Of a stretch of DNA of 64,000 nt, positions 60,233 through 64,000 are shown one piece after another. Within the stretch, counting starts at the first letter, position 1. Each line of letters begins with the position of its first letter. The notes beneath the pieces are model-generated. The model did not search any database and was not told the DNA's origin. It was given only the letters and a program-made list of their open reading frames with translations. The DNA is from a virus. The translations under genes were made by a program, and so were the position numbers. The DNA is taken from IMG/VR virus record IMGVR_UViG_3300019360_000001; one strand, given 5' to 3'.

Positions 60233-61135
60233 ATGTTTAAAAAAGGAATGTCTAAAAACATTGGTATGGATTTAAATGTTGCGCCATCTGGTACAAAGCA
60301 ATCTTGGACAATGATAAGAGATACATTTAAACGAGGAAGATCTACTAAAGAAGAAGATGCCTTTATAACTGCCAATATTAATGCAATGACTAATCGTCAA
60401 ATGGCAGATTCGTTAAAAAGGAAAACACATTTCGTAGCAAACAGAATAAAAGTTCTTGAATTAAGAAGAGAAAGTACAATAAGCGAAAAACTTAGCAAGC
60501 CTTCATCTTTCTTGCATACAATGAACGACAAAGAAAAAGCTAAGTATTTTAGAACAGAAGTAACTTTATCTGCTACTTTTAGGGCACTAAAAAAATCTTT
60601 TACCGATGCAGAACAGCAATACTATATAGATAAATATGCTAACTTTATGTTAGATCCATCCATTGAAACGATGACGGCAATGGAAAAAGATGCACTGCAC
60701 GAACTTATTGTTAACCAAGTTAGAATAAACAGATGGATGCAAGAAGAAAAAGAAGACAAGGAATTGGTTGTTAAGCAAAAATTGAATAGGCAATCTATTT
60801 CTAGGTCTAGGGAAATTAAAGAGGCTCAAGAGCTAATAGCAAAATATCAAAAAAGTCTAAATGTTGAACGAGAACAAAGACTGAAAAATCAAAGTGATCA
60901 ATCTGTTACTTTTAATAATATAATAAGAGACTTGAAATCGCAGAAATCAAGAATTCAAGCAGGACAAGAAGCGGCTATGTTAAAGTATATAGCAGAAAGA
61001 TCTTATAATCATGCATTAGGAACTAATATAATTTCCGGGAAAGATAAAACTTTTGATATTGGCAAACTTTTCCATGATGGCAAAGCTCCTGATCTTAGCG
61101 CCGACTTCATACCAAAAGGATCTGGAGTTTCTTAA
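60233..61135 (+). CDS. HTH plus coiled-coil protein (candidate small terminase)
   Basis: STKEEDAFI..MTNRQMADSLKR HTH; position upstream of terL. Confidence 0.35.
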   Translation: MFKKGMSKNIGMDLNVAPSGTKQSWTMIRDTFKRGRSTKEEDAFITANINAMTNRQMADSLKRKTHFVANRIKVLELRRESTISEKLSKPSSFLHTMNDKEKAKYFRTEVTLSATFRALKKSFTDAEQQYYIDKYANFMLDPSIETMTAMEKDALHELIVNQVRINRWMQEEKEDKELVVKQKLNRQSISRSREIKEAQELIAKYQKSLNVEREQRLKNQSDQSVTFNNIIRDLKSQKSRIQAGQEAAMLKYIAERSYNHALGTNIISGKDKTFDIGKLFHDGKAPDLSADFIPKGSGVS

Positions 61136-61136
61136 A

Positions 61137-61790
61137 ATGATAAAAAAATGTAGTAATCTTAATTGCGAAAAAGAATTTTCTACTGAAAAGAAAAACAATA
61201 TATATTGCTCTAAAGAATGCTCAAAGGAATGGCAATGGAAAGATGGAAGAAGAATAGACAAGAAACATGGAGTTATTCATTTTTTAAAAGAAAATGGCGA
61301 TATAATGCAATATCCCATGCCAACCATAATTATTGATTCCAGAGAGCAAAATCCTTATTCGTTTAGATCTGTTGGGGAACTTGCAGGTGTTGCTGTTTCT
61401 GGACTAAAATTTGGAGATTATTCTATTAAAGATCATACAGATTTAATTTTTATTGAGAGGAAAAATAGCGCCTTGGAATTTTATGGTAATCTTGGCAAAG
61501 AAAGAGAAAGATTTTCCAATGAGCTAGAAAAAGCAAAGCATTGTAAATTTAAATTTATAATTATAGAAGACAAATTTAGCTCTTTGTATAGCTCTTCATA
61601 TTTGGCAAATAAATTTAGTGGTAATAAATACAAACACTCTAGCCCACGTTCAATTTTGGGATCGTTATCTTCATTTATGTTAAGTTTTAATATTAATATA
61701 ATTTTTTCTGACAATAGAGAAAATGCTCAAGACTTAGTTAGAAAACTTTTGCTAATGGCTTACAGGAAAAAAATGGAAGGTAATATATGA
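61137..61790 (+). CDS. ERCC4/XPF-family nuclease with N-terminal zinc finger
   Basis: IDSREQ, GDYS, IERK, RF..EL; CSNLNC..YCSKEC. Confidence 0.85.
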   Translation: MIKKCSNLNCEKEFSTEKKNNIYCSKECSKEWQWKDGRRIDKKHGVIHFLKENGDIMQYPMPTIIIDSREQNPYSFRSVGELAGVAVSGLKFGDYSIKDHTDLIFIERKNSALEFYGNLGKERERFSNELEKAKHCKFKFIIIEDKFSSLYSSSYLANKFSGNKYKHSSPRSILGSLSSFMLSFNINIIFSDNRENAQDLVRKLLLMAYRKKMEGNI

Positions 61791-64000
61791 AAATATCTTC
61801 CATAATAAGTCCTCAATATGACCACTATTTTAATTTGCCTGAAGTTTCTACTTTATACAATCCCCTATTAGATGTTCCACTTTATTTGCAAGAAGAAGGC
61901 GAACTTGTAGAATTTTACAAATTATCTAATGAATATTTTTCGCCAGAATTTGGTATTAAATATTTACTAGGGCTAGAATTATTTCCTTTTCAAATGGCCA
62001 TTGTAAGAGCTATCTTGGCTCATAAATTTCCAATGTTATTGTTAAGTCGTGGTGCTGGCAAGAGTTTTTTGTTGGCCATTTATGCTATTTATCATTCTAT
62101 TATGTTTCCTGGGTCAAAAATAATATTGGTGTCGGCTAGTTTTCGTCAGGCCAAAATTATATTTTCTGAAATACATAGAATATATGACAAGTCGCCATTA
62201 CTTCAGGCTCTTTCAAAAGATCAGCCTAGAGTAAGTACTGATCATTGTCATTATGAAATAGGAACATCTTCTATCAAGGCCTTGCCTCTTGGTCAAGGTG
62301 GGAAAATTAGAGGAGAAAGATCTAACGTTACATTAGTAGATGAGTTTAATGATATTCCAATAGAAATCTTTAACGTTGTTATTCGTGGATTTAGTGCCAC
62401 AGAATCTGATCCATGGAATAAATCTCGACAAATGCTTTTAGAACAAAAAAATAATACTAAAAAAATTGCAAGCGAACAAGATATGATGATTTCTGAAGGA
62501 AACAAAATTATATTATCCGGTACAGCTGGTTTTAAAGGTGGCACATATTATAAAATGTTTAGTCAGTATAATAAAATTTTAGCAAACAAAGTAGATGGTA
62601 GCGTTAACAATTACAAAGATATATTTAAGGAAGATGATTTTGAAGAGGAATACAAAATAGACTATAGAGATTTTTGTGTCGTTAAATATGCATATGATGA
62701 ACTTCCCGGTAGATTAATGGACAGAAAAACCATTGAGCACGCAAGAATAACAATGCCCAAATTTTTGTTTGATATGGAATACATGTGTTTTAAGGATGAT
62801 ACTTTAATAATAACAAATAATGGGGCTAAGAAAATTTGCAATATCAATATAGGGGATCTTGTATTAACTCACAAAGGAAGATTTAGAAAAGTAATGGAAG
62901 TATTAAAACACAATTATAAAGGAACAATGATAAATTATAAAACTTGGGGATATAATCAGAGTTGTCTAGTAACAAATAATCACCCATATTGGACTGGAGA
63001 TAATAATTGGGCTAATATTAGCGGTATAAAAGATTATATTAAACTTTCTAATTTAAAAGAATTGAACAATAAAAAATTTATTGATTTAAGAGATTATGTT
63101 AGTGATTTTATAGAGCGTGATAATAAAATTTTCCCTAAAGCTTCGCAAACGATATTAAACAATAACCAAGTTGAAGAAATATTAAGCAGTAATGAAAATA
63201 AAAAAATATTGGCTAATAGATATAACGTTTGTTTAGGAACTATTTATCAAATCAAAAATAAAAAAAATTATATTCCCAAAACTGCTATTCCTTATAACCT
63301 GAAGTTAGATTTTAATCTTGGATTAATTGTTGGATACTATGCAGCGGAGGGTTCTGTTGGTTCACACGGGAAAACAACAGTTTTTTCATTAGATGGTCAC
63401 GTTAATTTTTCTTTAGAGCTATATGTAAATCAGTTAAGTTCGGCTATTAGCAATGTGCTTGGAATTGAGCCCAAAAGGTATAAACGAGAAAATCTTATTA
63501 ATATTACTATAAACCAAAGACTATTTGCAGAGTTTATAAAAAAGATATGTCCGGGTCTCTCTACTAATAAAATGATAGATCCCGATATATTGTTTAGCAA
63601 CGAAGAATTTATGAAGGGCGTAATTACAGGATATTGGAATGGAGATGGTCATACATCTTTATATTCTAGTGTAACTAAAGCGTCTTCAGCAAGTATAAAT
63701 TTGGCTTGCCAAATAAAACTTTTATTATCTTATTTTGGAATAGCATCTGGCTTAAATTTTGTACAAACGAAGCAAGATATGCTAGTTCTTGGCAAAAAAT
63801 GTGCAATTCACGATCAATATAGCATTGATATGCAAGGAGAAAATGCCTCAAAATTTAGAAAAGTATTTTACGGACAAGAAATAAAATATATAAATACAAA
63901 AAAGTGTTATTATAATGACAAAGATTCTTCATTATTTTTATTGAAAGATAAAGAAGAGTTATTATATGATGGCATGGTTTACAACTTAGAGGTAGAAGAA
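61787..64000 (+). CDS. terL: terminase large subunit, 3'-truncated, intein-containing
   Basis: LFPFQ, SRGAGKS, SASFRQAK, IRGER..LVDEF, LSGTAG, FDMEY; frame open to window end. Confidence 0.88.
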   Translation, partial: MKISSIISPQYDHYFNLPEVSTLYNPLLDVPLYLQEEGELVEFYKLSNEYFSPEFGIKYLLGLELFPFQMAIVRAILAHKFPMLLLSRGAGKSFLLAIYAIYHSIMFPGSKIILVSASFRQAKIIFSEIHRIYDKSPLLQALSKDQPRVSTDHCHYEIGTSSIKALPLGQGGKIRGERSNVTLVDEFNDIPIEIFNVVIRGFSATESDPWNKSRQMLLEQKNNTKKIASEQDMMISEGNKIILSGTAGFKGGTYYKMFSQYNKILANKVDGSVNNYKDIFKEDDFEEEYKIDYRDFCVVKYAYDELPGRLMDRKTIEHARITMPKFLFDMEYMCFKDDTLIITNNGAKKICNINIGDLVLTHKGRFRKVMEVLKHNYKGTMINYKTWGYNQSCLVTNNHPYWTGDNNWANISGIKDYIKLSNLKELNNKKFIDLRDYVSDFIERDNKIFPKASQTILNNNQVEEILSSNENKKILANRYNVCLGTIYQIKNKKNYIPKTAIPYNLKLDFNLGLIVGYYAAEGSVGSHGKTTVFSLDGHVNFSLELYVNQLSSAISNVLGIEPKRYKRENLINITINQRLFAEFIKKICPGLSTNKMIDPDILFSNEEFMKGVITGYWNGDGHTSLYSSVTKASSASINLACQIKLLLSYFGIASGLNFVQTKQDMLVLGKKCAIHDQYSIDMQGENASKFRKVFYGQEIKYINTKKCYYNDKDSSLFLLKDKEELLYDGMVYNLEVEE
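62786..64000 (+). mobile_element. LAGLIDADG intein in terminase (runs off window)
   Basis: MEYM|CFKDDTLI, VTNNHP, GYYAAEG, GYWNGDG, VYNLEVEE. Confidence 0.88.

Noticed and set aside
145-62847. Many antisense ORFs in the track (e.g. 720..1004, 9446..9637, 17093..17437, 56921..57292)
   Set aside because: They lie opposite clear genes, lack RBS and motifs, and are shadow frames.

Overview
AT-rich, gene-dense 64 kb segment of a large tailed bacteriophage genome (standard genetic code; all three stops used). Genes run leftward (- strand) from about 34.4 kb to position 1 and rightward (+ strand) from about 34.7 kb. The left arm is mostly small accessory genes plus a MoxR AAA+/VWA pair, UDG, an intein-split RNA ligase, a GGQ release-factor-like protein, a PagL-like beta-barrel and a tRNA-Leu(UAA). 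A GC-richer, largely non-coding island (about 29.4-34.6 kb) carries repeated sigma-54-like promoters, each paired with an IHF-like palindrome. The right arm encodes nucleotide metabolism and modification (PhoH, ThyA, DHFR, Gmd, methyltransferases, IMPDH, class II RNR, MazG), an IS200/IS605 tnpA-tnpB element, a sigma-like factor, an ERCC4 nuclease and the start of the terminase large subunit. Eight inteins are visible. The most striking unexplained signal is a set of 29 small, largely unrelated ORFs (many Cys-rich) on both strands that all end in the same hexapeptide tag, [G/D/N]-[I/L/V]-Y-[Y/F]-x-x-stop. Its synonymous codon variation points to protein-level selection. All functional calls come from motif recognition by eye; no database search was run.
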